A stretch of 64,000 bases of DNA from Phyllobates terribilis. Its lineage: Eukaryota. Position 1 is the first letter of the stretch; each line of letters opens with the position of its first letter. The stretch is taken from positions 61,318,001 to 61,382,000 of the forward strand of contig NW_027362765.1 of NCBI RefSeq assembly GCF_046119375.1. Reading direction: 5' to 3'. The position numbers and the translations under genes are program-made. A model generated the notes under the pieces. That model ran no database searches. It saw nothing but the letters and a program-made list of their open reading frames with translations, and had not been told where the DNA came from. Of the stretch, positions 34,801 to 48,790 are shown in pieces.

Positions 34801-37800
34801 TATAAAGGACCAGGCCCCAAAATGTCATCATTTCTATTGCGCCTGCAGGAGTCCAGTTAGAAAATGATGAGCGTTTTTTGTGCCAAAAATTGTTGAGCGT
34901 ACAAATTAGTTTAGCCCACCATGAAGTTTACTAAATACTCAGAGAAAAAAGGACTTTGACACCACCGGCCTCACAGAAACAGACTTTTTCAAACTTGATT
35001 CAGCCACAAAATCAGGAATCAGTGGCTCATAATTTTTTGGGGGGCGAGGTCCATATGGGGTCAGTAATGGGGGGCGCTGGTTCATCTTCTGTCCTGGGGC
35101 ATCTTTGTGGCGGTTCAGCAGCACCTGAGGAGGAGGAGGAGTCAGAAAAATAAAGGTCCGATCCTTTCCCTCACTCTGTGTCGGAGGCAAGGAAAGCGTA
35201 TGTCTCGTCCATTGAATAGCGGGTTTGGGACGACATTTTTTTGTTTATGTATGTGGTGTTTGTGTCAGTACTTTATTCAGTTGTGTTTATATGTGTGGCA
35301 GTGTGCTTGGTGTAAACTTTTTTTTTTAAAGAAAAAGATAAAAAACAAAAGGAATTACCGGAGGTGGAGCAAACAGCGAGCATGAAGGCGGATCAGTGAT
35401 CAGAGCTCAGCCGCTGCAGGACGCAAGAAAAATAAAACTCTCAAAAATCGACCGATCAAGTATTGATCAGCGCTCTGTGGCAGAACGGGGGGATGGAGAG
35501 GGGGAAGTGGGGAGAGGTGGATGAGGAGTGTCAGGGATTCCACAGCGACGACACCGGGGAGATCACGCAATATCTCACCGTGCCGTCACTATATCACGGA
35601 TTTCGTCTGGAATCGCGAGCACTTGATCCTGACTACTCACTTATTAGGTATCGGCAAGCGACCAGTGAGCGTATGGTGTCACGCCTCTGGATTCCAGCGC
35701 ATAGAATACGTGTTTACGCCCTCCGTACCGTCACTGTCTTCTTCACAATAGCCCAATAAATATTATTATTCGCTGCCACCACCGTCCAGATATGAAATAT
35801 AATACAGGTCTGTGCGGATGCCTGTGTTCTGGTAGCGTATATAGCTTGGGGGAGGGAACGATTACAGGACAAAAGAAACTACTATTAAATTTTATATTTA
35901 ATCCAACAGAGAGGCAGTGTTTAGGAAAATTATATACAAGGATTTTACAAAGGAGACATTAAAATACATAAGCAGTTACACAAAATAATAAGGATTAAGG
36001 AAGAAACTTACTATACGATCGCTGAGACTCAATATAGGTGGAGGAGGGGCTCCCCGATTTGATTAGACAGTTATCGAACAGTTCGATCCGTTGCTGAATG
36101 AATCTCCAACCTATGCAAACTATTTTATGCTTAAGGGAGAGACCTGTCCAGACCCCCTTGTGCTGCCATCACAGGGGCTGGGGCTCCACCCTTCATGTTA
36201 TCGCTGGCTGATCCCAGTTGCTCAAAAGTGGTACCATATTTTCTATTATGATTTTACCTTCATTTAGAGACCACACATGATATAGTTGCAGTCTGCTATT
36301 TTGCCACTTTTGCACCACAGCTTCCCGGTTTGGCTTACAGCAATGAGAAAATATGCATACGTTCCTTTGCTTCCCCTGCCACTAAAAGTATAGGTCCCGT
36401 TATTATCGGACGTACGGAACTTATGAAATATGGAATATTGGAAAATCCTGCAATCTGTAGCTGGGAAATTGTACTAATTATTTGTGAGTGCCTTTGAACT
36501 TAACGAGCCATTTCCTCTTTCCTTCAAACTCTGGCCCGTGAGAAGGTGTCAATCTATCTCATTTCTGTGTTAAGAGTAAATGCATTTGTATGTTAAGTGG
36601 GTCCTGTAGCCTTCTCTTTGTGCCAGCATCTGGCTAATTAGCCGATTTTCCTGTGTGCTGGGACTTGCACACAGCTGCGTGGAGTGTCAGCTCTGGTCTC
36701 GTGACAAATGATGGATCAGGGAAGGGTGAGGGAGGGCGGGTTTATATTTTCTTAATATTTTCTTAATATCTCCCTGACAAGGAGGGATCAAAAAAATCTT
36801 ACAGTTGTCTTCTTTCTTCTGTCTGATGTCCTCTGTCATAGCTGGAGCAGCGATTGTGGTGTCACAGGCTTCTGTGGTACCACAAGGCCCAGCACGGTGC
36901 ACAATTGGACAGTGTGACCACCCTGTAAAACAGCGAGCATGAGTGCTGATCAGTGATCTGCTGGATGCACGCACGGAGGTGGTGCAAAGGTGGGCGGGGG
37001 GGGGTGGACAGGTACAAAATAAAGTCCTGGAAAACGGCAAGCACGGACATTGATCGAGCTTGGCCGCTGCAAGACGCACAAAAAAAAAAAACCTGACAAA
37101 AATCTAGCGATCAAGTACTGATCAGTGCTCAGTTACAGAAAGGGGGATGAGGAAGAAAGTAAAAAGATGGTGGGGAGGGTGTAGAGGGGGTGTTGAGGTG
37201 GATGAGGAGAGATCAGGCAGGGATATTTTTACTGATGGCTTTTCTCTTCAGCAGCAGCAGGCAACAAGAGCAGGGAGTGTGGTGTCACAAAGGCCCTGCA
37301 CAGCGCAGTACAGTTCAGCAGTGTGAAAGCCCTATACAAATCCTCAGCTACTATGAGGACATTCAGGGCGGTCTGACAGCGGTCACGCGCTGTGATTGGT
37401 GCGATCAATCAGAGCAGGTTCAGGAGATGCCTGGCCATGCCTATGACCAGCCTATGATCGGGGCTCTTGCACAGCCAATCACAGCAATCGTATTTGCCCC
37501 CAGGATGATGACACCATCTACCCTGTGGTAACATGGCGCCGGAATTTTAATGCGATCACCTCGAGTTCGGTCACGGTGACGCATTAAAGATTTGTCGTAA
37601 TAGTACGTACCTGGTCCATAAGTATTAGGGACGTACTATTACTATGTCAGAAAGGGGTTACTAAGGGCTAACAAGTTCTCAATAGGGTTTAGCTCAGGTG
37701 AAAAAGGGATCATGTCATTAATGAACCTGTTTTTTTCCAGTCTCTGCTCGCTGGATGACTTTACCAACTCCCCTCTCCCGCTCTCGGACCACAACCTTCT

Positions 37801-39304
37801 TTCCTTCTCTGTTAAGAATTGTCTCCTCACCCGGGACACCCCCACTTACCACACTTATAGGAATACACGTACCATTAATACCCAGCAGCTTGTGGACAAT
37901 CTCCACACATCTTTAGCCCCCATCTCCTCCTTCTCCTGTCCAGACTTAGCATTGTCACACTACAATAATACACTGAAGAGTGCCCTAGGTGAAGCAGTTC
38001 CTCCTACTCGCATAAAGATCCGACACAGACAACGGCAGCCCTGGCACACGATGCAAACATGTTTTCTTCAACGTTGCTCAACGTGTGCTTAGCGTCAGTG
38101 GAGAAAATCTCTTTTAGCAGAGGACTTCATCCACTATAAATTCATGCTCAAAACCTATAACTCTGCCCTTCATCTGGCGAAACAATCCTACTTCACCACC
38201 CTCATCACTTCAATGTCCAACAATCCAAAACGACTTTTCGAAACCTTAAACTCCCTCCTGAAAACTAAAGCACAGGCCCCCACCACCAACCTCAGCGGGG
38301 AGGATCTGGCCACTTATTTCTTTGAAAAAATCAACCACATCCATCAGGACATCTCAGCCCAATCTCCTCAGTGCCTGGATCCCCTTCCCTGCCGCACTTC
38401 AAGCTCACTTGCCATCTTTGAGCCTGTCACAGAAGAAGAAGTTACTTCTTCTCAGCCTACAACCTGCAACAGTGACCCATTTCCTTCACATCTCCTGCAG
38501 TCCCTCTCACCGGTGGTCACCACTCACCTAACTAAAATATTTAACCTCTCTCTTTTTTCAGGTATCTTTCCCTCCTCATTTAAACATGCCATCATAACCC
38601 CTTTACTTAAAAAGCCATCCCTGGACCAGAACTGTGCTGCTAACTACAGACCTGTCTCTAATCTTCCTTTCATCTCTAAACTCCTGGAACGCTTGGTCCA
38701 CTCCCGTCTAATCCGCTATCTCTCAGATAACTCTCCCCTCGACCCTCTACAATCTGGTTTCCGCTCCTTACACTCCACTGAAACTGCCCTCACTAAAGTC
38801 TCTAATGATCTACTAACAGCCAAATCCAAAGGTCACTGCTCCCTGCTGATTCTCCTGGATTTCTCTGCAGCATTTGACACTGTGGATCACCAGCTCCTCC
38901 TCACTATGCTCTGCTCTATAGGCCTCAAGGAAACCGTTCTCTCCTGGTTCTCCTCCTACCTCTCTAACCGCTCCTTCACTGTATCTTTTGCCGGCTCCTC
39001 TTCCCCTCCTCATCCCCTTACTATTGGGGTTCCACAGGGCTCAGTCCTAGACACCCTCCTCTTCTCTCTATACACTGCCCCTATTGGACAAACAATCAGC
39101 AGATTTGGGTTCCAGTATCATCTCTATGCTGACGACACCCAATTATACACTTCTTCCCCTGACATCACCCCTACCCTAATACAAAATACCAAGGATTGTT
39201 TGTCTGCTGTGTCTAGCATCATGTCCTCCCTCTATCTTAAACTGAATCTCTCCAAAACTGAACTTCTTGTGTTTCCCCACCTCTACTAACCTAACTCTAC
39301 CTAA

Positions 39305-40718
39305 GGCTATGTGCCCACGATGCAGAAATGCTCAGGATTTTTTCCTGAGTGTTTCTGCATCTCCCTGGCAGAAAAAAACGCATGCGGATTGTACATGCGT
39401 TTTCCTGCCAGGGACATGCGGAAATGGAGCGTTATTCACTGACATTTCCGCATGTGGATTGACAAGCGCTTTCCAAGCGATTAGCATCACTTGGAAAGTG
39501 CTTGTGACAACTAGGTCACACTATATAAATCCATGCAAACAGCATGGATTTATATAGTGTGAACCGAGAGAGTGGTAAAAATAAAAAAATAAATATATAC
39601 TTACCCTCCGATGACCCGCGCTGGCTTGTTTCGCTCCGTCCCGGCTGTCGGCAACAATGAATTGAAAGACCTGCCGACGTCAGCGTCGCGTGACCCGTCA
39701 CATGACTCTGACGTCAGCGCAGGTCCTTCAATTCACTGCAAAGTGTCGGGAAGCAAGTAGGAGCGCAGCGCGGGCCGACAGAAGGTAAGTATACATTTAT
39801 TTTTTATTTTATTCTTTTTTTACAGATTTTTTAATGGTACCTGGGTGTGGATGAAACTCTCCTCTCATCTACACCCGGGTACCATCCGCACATTAGAACG
39901 CTTGGATTATGCATCTACATATACAGTGATGCGTAATCCATGCGGTCTAATGCAAGTCAATGGCAGCGAAGACGCAGCACTTCCGCAAAATAATTGGTAG
40001 TACTGCGTTTTTTTCCGCAATGATAATCCGCAGGTTCTTCTAAGGAGACCTCCAGATACACAGTGCTATCAATAATCCCTTTGTAAGTATAATGGCCGGC
40101 TCAATTTAGATACTACTATAGGCATCTAATACTTGGGTCCCAATTACACTATATTTACTTGAACTACTTTGGCACTTTATAATATGAATATATTCTCTAA
40201 TTATTTTGGTACTTGATATTTATCTATGATACTTGGCTTTGTATTCTATATACTGTGCATAATATTAATTAAGAGCATTTTTTGTGGGAATAGTGCAATT
40301 TTTTCTGATGTCCTAGTTTATATGGGCCTGGAGTCACATCAAAATTCTTATTAATTAGGGATAACACTATATGTGACTGAATTGATTTGGATAGGTCTCC
40401 TTTAATGTTTTTAGGTTTCTGCTTTTACTTATCTTTTATTGTATGTTCATGAATTATATTCTTAAATTGGCGAAATAAAAGAATGATTTTATTAGATTTT
40501 GTTGTATATCTTCCTTAAACCAGGTTTATAACTGTGGTTTGTGTGTGTAATGATAATCCGCAGCGGAAATTTCCGCAGCATGTGCACAGCACGTGCGGAT
40601 TATCATTGGGGAACATTGCTGCCCTTCTACCATGCGTTTTTAATGCGTTTTTAATGCGTTTCCGCAGCTGCAAAATCGCTGCGGAAACGCATTAAAAACG
40701 CATCGTGGGCACACAGCC
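39305..40718. mobile_element. Non-autonomous PIF/Harbinger element, 1414 bp
   Basis: TAA|GGCTATGTGCCCACGATG...CATCGTGGGCACACAGCC|TAA; removing it restores the L2 coding sequence. Confidence 0.9.
40034..40548. mobile_element. 515-bp AT-rich insertion with 15-bp TSD (retroposition-type, family unknown)
   Basis: AATGATAATCCGCAG at 40019..40033 and 40549..40563; AATAAA near the right end and a (GT)n-like tail. Confidence 0.7.
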
Positions 40719-41789
40719 TAACATCGAAATTACCTTGGAGGGTTCAACCATAACTCCCAAGCAGCACGCCCGCTGCCTTGGGGTCATATTTGACACTAAC
40801 CTTTCCTTTACTCCCTATATCCGATCACTCACTCGCTCTTGTCAACTGCATCTTAAAAACATCTCCAGAATCCGATCTTTTCTCACTTTTGAAACTGCTA
40901 AAACTCTTACTGTCGCTCTTATTCACTCTCGTCTGGACTACTGCAACTCTCTTCTGATCGGTCTCCCTCTTACCAAAATTTCCCCTCTCCAATCTGTCCT
41001 GAATGCGGCAGCCAGGGTCGTATTTCTGTCCATCCGCTTCACCGATGCCTCCACCTTGTGCCAGTCATTACACTGGTTACCCATTCGCTACAGGGTCCAA
41101 TATAAACTCATTGCTCTCACCCACAAAGCTCTCCACAGTTCTGCACCACCTTATATCTCCTCTCTCATCTCAGTCTATCATCCTACACGTGCCCTTCATT
41201 CCACAAATGACCTAAGACTAACATCCCCCATAATCCGAACCTCGCACCTCCGTCTCCAAGACTTCTCTCGTGCTGCACCAGTTCTCTGGAATGCTCTACC
41301 CCAGACGATCCGATTGATGCCTAGCCCCGATGTCTTCAAGCGCGCTTTAAAAACCCATCTCTTTAAACAAGCCTACCATCTCAAATACCCAGTAAACTAA
41401 CTTTCCCCTGTTCCCTCCTAAATACTACACAGAATCTGCCCCCTACTGTTCATCTGTCTCTACACCCTCCATGCACACGATAACTGCACTCGGTAATTGA
41501 GTATTGCACTTGAACATACAGGCTGATGACCGGATCATACAGCTTTATATGATAATCCCGACTTATTATAATTGCCTGACCTGAAATAACTAGCACTTTC
41601 CACCTATAGTGTCCCCCCATTTCCGTGTAGAATGTAAGCTTGCGAGCAGGGACCTCACTCCTGATGTAACTGTTAAACTGTCTCACCTTGTATTGAATTT
41701 ATTGTCTGTACATGTCCCCGCTTAATTGTAAAGTGCTGCGGAAAATGTTGGCGCTATATAAATAAAAATTATTATTATTATATTAATCT

Positions 41790-42330
41790 TTACCTCCCTC
41801 AGAGAAGTGCAAACTTCGATCTTGTGATGGAGAATTGTCCTGCAGAAAAATTATTATTTTTTTTAAAGACGCAGACTTTTTCTTGTACTACTGCTTGAAG
41901 AAAGTATCAACTAAAACCTGTCAGTAGATTTCGGGGTTGATTTTGAGTCGATCTTCAACTCAAAAAGGTCAAACTAGCTCATCTTTAATAATACCAGCAC
42001 ATAGCAGTACCCACATCCACCTTGCTAGCGTCTGAGTATAAGGGGAGGTCTGTGCCCTTTACTGATCTAGCCCTGGGACCATCCATCTAGTCCGTCAAGA
42101 TTCACTCTCATCTCATCAATCCATAAAACCTTTGAAAAATCTGTCTTCAGATATTTCCTGGCCCAGTCTTAACACTTCCACATCTGTGTCTTGTTCAGTG
42201 GTGGAGGAGTTTCAGCTTTCCGTACCTCGGCCATGTACCTGAGCACTGAACACCTTGTAGGTCTGGGCTCCATGGAGATTGTAGTTCTAAAATAAGATAG
42301 CACGGTAGGAGAATGGCTTCCTGGTCGCTT
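41790..42330 (-). mobile_element. Degraded Tc1-like transposase fragment (WTDEMRVTLDGPDGW type)
   Basis: Minus-strand PPLNKTQMWKC*DWARKYLKTDFSKVLWIDEMRVNLDGLDGW...IIIFLQDNSPS; third catalytic residue absent. Confidence 0.8.
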
Positions 42331-43301
42331 CACATTTGAGGGTGGCCGGAGAGCTGATGCGAGAGGACCAGGGGCACTTGCCGAGTGCAGCATCTGAACG
42401 CCTTTTCATCCCATAATGCTAGCTAATTCACCCGTCCTATTGGGCCGGTGCAGACTTAATGCCTCAGCGGTAGCTCATTTCCCGACAGCTGCCGAGGCAC
42501 TGGATGCCTTTCTGCTGAACAACTCAGGTGCCTTTGGTGTTCCAGCGCTATCTTGGATCTTGTCAGTGGCGGCTTCCATCTCTCCCTGCTCACAGAGATA
42601 GAGGTGAGGTGGGGGTACTACAGTCCTATAGACCACTGTGCAGGAGGAAAACAGGACATCCCCAAGAACTTCCTTGCTGTCGGGGGACCCCGGAGGGGTA
42701 CTCAGGGCCGGGACCCCCAGACTATGGGGCGTCACTAGCAGTCCAGGAGCCTGTCAGTACCTCCTGCATCATGCCCTATGGATCACAGGCATACACCTAC
42801 ACATAATTTCCCAGGTCCTGATGCATGCTCCCAGCTTCCCCTAAGGCCTAAAAAATCCGCCTCCAAACGCTGCTACACGGAGTGGAGTTTCCAAGGCAAC
42901 ATGGACACTGATTTCAGATGTTTCCCTCCTTTCATTGAACAAACAAATGTAGATGGTTGATCTTCATCTCCTGCACAATATGATGATGAGTGGAGTGGAC
43001 AGTGACCCCCACTCTCCGCTGCCTCATGGAATAAATACTTAGCACACTTGTGCAGGCAGGAGGACTTTAATGCCCTGATAGCAGAACTGAAATTACATGC
43101 ATGAGATAGGAACTGCATCAGTTAGCGGGTCATTTGGACACTTTGAAGGAGGATCACAATGTCACCATATCCCACATGGCCAATCTCCAACAGATGATTT
43201 TTTACAAGATAAGGAACAATGCTGGACTTGCACACTCATAATATCAGAATGAGGCTTCTCCCTGAACCAGATGACTGGGAGGACCTGAAAGCTATGCTTA
43301 A

Positions 43302-44460
43302 CCCCTTCCCAACCTTGGACGCACCCAGTCGTTCATGGAAGGCAATGATTTCCCTCCCTTGGACCTACTGGGTACGTTGTGAAGATTTTGCACGCACAGG
43401 AGCTGTGCACACGCAATCGCCAACAGGTGTTCAGCTAACACCATAGCAAACACCAGATTCTCACTGCCAGGAGTGGTGCCCACACCGCTCCCAGCAGTTT
43501 AACCCCCTAAATTCTGCAATTGATATTGATCACAGCATTTAGAAGACGAGGAGAGGGGGTCCCGATCGTTGCCATGGTGACCCTAGGTCATTATGACAAC
43601 ATCCGAGTCACCAGGCTACCAAGCTTGTTAGATCATGCTCAGTGCATGGTCTAATAAGCTTGTGTATCAATGCAAAACTGACGGTTATAAAGCATTGCAA
43701 TATTAGTGTATTGCAAGGCTTTACAACAGCGATCAAGCACATGAAAGTGAAAGTTCCATAGAGGGACTAAGTAAGAAAAAGTAAAAAAGAAAAAAATAGT
43801 AAAAAAAATGGAAAAAAAAAAATCACAAAATAATAAAAAAATATATATATTGTACCCATAAATGTGTGTCTTTATGTAAAAAACAAAACAAAAAAAAGTA
43901 CATGTTTGGTATAGCCATGTCCGGAACGACCCGCCCCATAAAACTGTCACATTAGTTTAACCCCTTCAGTGAACACTGTAGAAAAAAAATAAGTGAAAAA
44001 CTGTAAAAATGCTTTTTCATCATAACCCCAAACAAAAAGTGGAATAAAAAAATGGTATCGCTGAAAATATCAAAATAAGCCGCCATACAGCTGCATCAGT
44101 TGAAAAATAAAAAAATCAATAGCTCCCAGAATACAGTGATGCAAAAATAATTATTTTTTATATAATAGTTTTTGTGTAAAAGCACCAAAACATAAAACAA
44201 CCTATATCAATGTTGTATCACTATAATGATACTGACCCAAAGAATAAAGCTGCCTTATCAATTTTACGACACGCAAAATAGCATTAAAAAAAAGAAAATA
44301 ATAAATTTCTGAATTGCTGGTCTTTGTTCATTCTGCTTCTCAAAAATTGGAATAGAAAGCAATCAAAAAATGTTGTGTGACCGAAAATAGTACCGATAAA
44401 CATGTCAACTTATCCCACAAAAAACAAATCCTCATATGACTCTGTAGGCTGAAATAAAGG
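43302..44460. mobile_element. Non-autonomous piggyBac-like element, left part
   Basis: TTAA (43298..43301) followed by CCCCTTCCC; right end not found, end coordinate approximate. Confidence 0.6.
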
Positions 44461-45825
44461 CTCGGCTCACATTTATCCTGTGCTCTACGCTGAGTTTAAG
44501 TGTATATCTCTGAAATGCGTGATTCAAACGGAAACACAGATGGAAGATGGAAGCCATTTCAATTTCATCGTCATGTCCAATTCAAATAGTTAAAACTCAG
44601 ATTGACCCTGGGAGAAGATATGTAATCTTGGAAGGCTCCTTGCAAGGTAAACCTATCATTTTATGGAATGTATAAGCACCAAATACTAGCCAAGTCCCCT
44701 GTCTGCAGAATTTTTTCCCTCCTTCAAAAATTATAGCCGGCGGTTCTACTGATTGGAGGGGATTTTAATATTCCATTCTTGGAGGTCTCAGCTAGACTTA
44801 TCAAGTGAGGGGTTACATCTTCCTCTAACCCGATTTGTTTTTCATTTGAATTTAGAAAGATAATTAGATCTAACTCGCTATTTGATCTCTGGAGAATAGA
44901 TCATCATACAGAAAACGCATACACTATTCACCTGCTCATCATACTCATACAAGAATTGATTACTTCTTTGCCAATATTATAATTCTCAGAATGCTAAAGA
45001 ATGGAGGTGGATCTAAAACCTGGATGGATCTGGCCCCGGAGATATTAGATTTAAAATCAAAACACCCCTCAACTTGATTGTGCCACTGGCGTTTGAATGA
45101 GTGCCTGGTCAAGGACTTCAATATCAGGAGTTCCTTGTCTGAACATCTGCGTCAATACTTCCAGTTAAACTCTGATTCTATGTCCTATCCAACCATTTTG
45201 TGGGAGGCGTATAAGGTCAAGATGAGCGGCTGTTATATTGCTGAAGGGACTAGATTAAAACAAAACGCATGCCAACTTCACTAGATTCTTGCTTCTCAAA
45301 CATTTGGAGCACAGATTGGCCTCTTCCAAGTCGACTGGAACACTGAGGAGGCTGATAGCCAAGAGAGACAAATTAAAAGATCTATATATCGTAAAGTGGA
45401 TAAGCTTCTCTGTACAAAACTGAAGTATTACGAAAAAGGCAACAAGATTCATAAAATGCTTTCTCAGCAACTTCAAGAACGTTCTGTGACCCGGTAGCTA
45501 TGTCAAATATTTTTTCTAAATGTTACAAGAACTCATACAATCTGCAGGACCCTCTTCTAGGAAATCTAGACTTTAGGTACTCCCTAATTAATAAACTCCT
45601 ACCTATTCTCAAATTGCCAGTTCTTCCCTCTGAAGCTGCTGACTCCCTTATAGGCAGGTATTGAATGAAGAATTACTTATGTCCTAAAAGATCTTCACAA
45701 GGGTAAATCACCAGGATCAGATGGTCTGATCTACTTATATTCTAAAACATTTTCAAATATAGAAAAACAAGGATTCCAGCAGCAGGCAGGTCCGAGAAAC
45801 TTCCCAAAGTTTATTGAAGCATGTA

Positions 45826-46007
45826 TGATATAGGGAATATATATATTCTTGTACCGAGCTAGCTAGTAGATAGAAAAATATTTAGATTTGAGAGTCCTCA
45901 GTGGTTGATACCTTTTAATGGCTAACTGAAAAGATGGTAACAAGTTAGCCATTTCAGTTAGCCATTAAAAGGTATCAACCACTGAGGACTCTCAAGTCTA
46001 AATATTT
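45826..46007. mobile_element. 182-bp fold-back insertion with 12-bp TSD
   Basis: TSD TTGAAGCATGTA at 45814..45825 and 46008..46019; 58-bp inverted arms 45874..45931 / 45952..46009 with one mismatch. Confidence 0.75.
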
Positions 46008-46059
46008 TTGAAGCATGTAAAAGTCCATAAAAACCTCACCCTCCACCACCTATAGAATT

Positions 46060-46975
46060 AAGAGGTCTGGCATACACGTTTCAGATGTATGTTCTTATTC
46101 ATTGCAGTGAACATTGTTAAAAAACTGCATGTTTTGTCATATTCTGAATAGGTCAGCTGACCAAATCCAGCTAATTATTTAGATGATTCAACAAACAGAT
46201 GGTACATAATTAAACAGAGTCATTATTCGTAATGGTAAATCAGGTCTTGCCTGACGTTCATAGCAAGTAGAGAACGTGTTTTAAAAGTATACATCCACCA
46301 TGTTTCTCTACTAATAAGCTAATGATCACCTCCTCTATGAGGTTTTTTACTTTTTCAATCCCTTGTCCTTTAAAGGTGGAAACATCTCCATTGTGAACAG
46401 TTGCGAAGTGTTTTGATAGGCAGAACTTTTAAATAGTAATTTATTAACTCCTGATTCTGGTTTTTAAAGAAGTGGTAGGGCACCCAACGTACTGTATATT
46501 ACAATGGATGCATGTGGTCAAATACACTACATTTAATGTATGTATATATATCATGTGTTTGTCACAGATGAGGAAAAATGTTTCATGTTTTGCATATATT
46601 TGCAACGTGCAAATAGTGTGACCACGTTTATATCGGTATATATATAATTGTTTTTAAGGATTCATTCAAATATAAACTGGGTGAGAGACTATCTCCTATC
46701 GTAGGTACTTTTTTAACCACAAAACACACTGGTATAGATAAATCAATTCTAAGTTTTTATCCTGGAATAGTATAGGGATGTTTTTTTTTCTAAGTTTACT
46801 GATCACACTAAATTGTGGACCATAAATTTAAACAAGTGTCACAGGATTATTTGTGGATATTTTGTCCTCTAAAATCGATATTTTGTCTTTCAGCATATAA
46901 TCTCGATTTTTTTCACGCACTATTTTTTCGGCCCTATCTAATGTCCATTGTAGGTAATATCGTGCTCTTAAAAAA
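46060..46975 (-). mobile_element. Penelope-like element, thumb/linker and GIY-YIG endonuclease remnant
   Basis: RARYYLQWTLDRAEKIV, KKVPTIGDSLSPS, NVVYLTTCIHCNIQYVGC..TSLKTRIR, LSKHF...QGIEKV..RGGD...RETWWM. Confidence 0.8.
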
Positions 46976-47339
46976 AAAAAAAGACTAACTGCCTGCGATT
47001 CCTTTGGACCCATAAAAGCGTGCGTGCCACGTGAAACGACCGTCGTCCAACAGGGGACCCGCTCCCCCACATCCATGTTTTTATTTTTATGTGAATAAAA
47101 GAAGATTCTATCCCTGCAGTGTGCCACCCCATGCACTTCTATTTGCTTGCTATGAACTTTACCTGAGGAGGTGTTGCACCTGCTGAAGAAGGAAGTGGTT
47201 CCAGCTGCCTCAGTCTCCGGAGTTCCGGATGAAGGGTATGTGCAGCGTGTGTAGTGCCGGTCACTGAACTTTGCAATCCGATATTGGGGGCATGGCCTGC
47301 TCCCTGATAATAGCGGCCTTCCCCTGACTAATGTCTCCT

Positions 47340-47980
47340 TTACTGCAGTTCAATATTGGGGGATTGGCGTTGGTGTGGCTTGCTCCCTGCTAGCAGCAAC
47401 TTGCCCACTGATACTATCTGCTTGTATGTGGTCCGATATTATCAGGGGGCTGCCTGCTGCATCTAGCAACCGGGAGCAGGCCATGGCTACAACATTTTTT
47501 GATCGCTTTCTATTCCGTTTTTTGGGAAGCAGAATGAACAAAAAACAGCAATTCAGGATTTGTTTTTGGAGGGTTTTTTTTATGCCGTTCCGCGTGTGGT
47601 AAAATTGATAAGGTAGCTTTATTCTTCGGGTCAGTACGTTTACAGCAGTACCACATTTATATTTTTTTTATGTTTCGGCACTTTTACACAAAAACTTTTA
47701 TATAAAAAATAATTGTTTTTGCATCGCTTTATTCTGAGAGCTATAACTTTTTATTTTCCCACTGATGGAGCTGTATAGCGCCTTGTTTTTTGCAGGACAA
47801 GATTACATTTTTAGCGGTACCATTTTTATTTCCAATTGGCTTTTTGATCGCGTTTATTCCACTTTTTGTTTGGCAGTATGATGAAAAAGCATGCGAGACC
47901 GCCGACCGTTCATAAACGTCTGCGCTGCACAGAGCCCTGCAAGTGAAGACGTTTATATACAGTGGACAGTTGGGAAGTGG
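47340..47980. mobile_element. Right end of a non-autonomous piggyBac-like element
   Basis: GGGAAGTGG followed by TTAA (47981..47984); AT-rich interior similar to 8117..9690. Start coordinate approximate. Confidence 0.55.
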
Positions 47981-47984
47981 TTAA

Positions 47985-48790
47985 TTGTTGGATCCAGTGT
48001 AAGTATTGGCTAATATTTCTCTATGAAACGCCATTGTGAATGAAATTGTGTAACCATTCTTACCTCATTGTTGATAGTGATTGTGGAAGTTGGGTAGAAT
48101 AATTCCTGCCAATTTGTATTTCGGGCACGTATGCTCTTTTAATACTTCTGTGGCTATATCCTCGATGTTTAATTTCTCTGGCACGAATTTCAAAATCTGT
48201 AGCAGTAGAACATATCCAATGGATCCTAAGGAACTGGCCAGTGGGATCAGATTTTATTACATGAGATGGATGTGAAGAAGAAGCATGAAGCAGGGCGCTA
48301 CTGCTGTATTCTTTCGATAAATGTCAGACAACCCAAACTCATCACATTTGAGTTTTACATCCAAAAAGATCGATCCCACGAATGTCATATTTATATGTCA
48401 GTCTGAAGTTAAGATTATTCTCATTAGGATGTTCAAAAAAGGATCTTAAAAGAATCTATATACCGTCAGACATATTTAGTTAAAACTTCCAATTCCTGAA
48501 ATAATTGACCTACCTGGAGGCGTCCGTGCATCCTTGTGAATCTTGGGTAATAGATAAGAAACCTTCTATACCAATGCTTTAACAGTGAGGATATATTTTG
48601 GATTTCTTTTGCAATCAGATAATCTCTTCCAGTTTGGAGTATTTTTGTCAGATCAGATCTGTAGGACAGCAATGGATTGAAGGCAAGTTTTTTATAACAT
48701 CGATCTCTCAGGAGTTGATGTGCCTCCTTTTTGCAAAGGTTACAACAATATTTTCGCCCTTGTCAGCTGGTTTATAAACGTCTTCTTTTC
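47985..48790 (-). mobile_element. Second Penelope-like element, RT remnant
   Basis: YLLPKIHKDARTPPGRSIISGIGS, DIYRKN, HPSHVIK...TGQFLRI, RGYSHRSIKRAY. Confidence 0.8.

Larger units (their letters stand above)
31454..37657 (-). mobile_element. Degraded piggyBac element with nested insertions
   Basis: TTAA|CCCCTT at 31454 and AAGGGG|TTAC at 37657; transposase fragments inside. Confidence 0.75.
37700..41785 (+). mobile_element. 5'-truncated L2/CR1-clade LINE split by a Harbinger insertion
   Basis: SDHNLL (endonuclease end), [47 protein letters not shown]. Resumes at 40722 (IEITLEG...CLGVIFD); 3' tail AATAAAAATTATTATTATT. Confidence 0.92.
42900..46060 (+). mobile_element. Degraded L1 (ORF1 remnant and ORF2 endonuclease/RT start) with nested insertions
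   Basis: RQEDFNALIAELK and HNIRMRLLPEPDDWEDLKAML (ORF1-like, about 43055..43297); DPGRRYVILEG...NV*APN, LIGGDFN, HTRIDYF (L1 endonuclease). Confidence 0.75.

Noticed and set aside
35800-36700. Possible retroviral env transmembrane remnant on the minus strand
   Set aside because: One hydrophobic stretch with stops; no immunosuppressive-domain or CX6CC motif seen.
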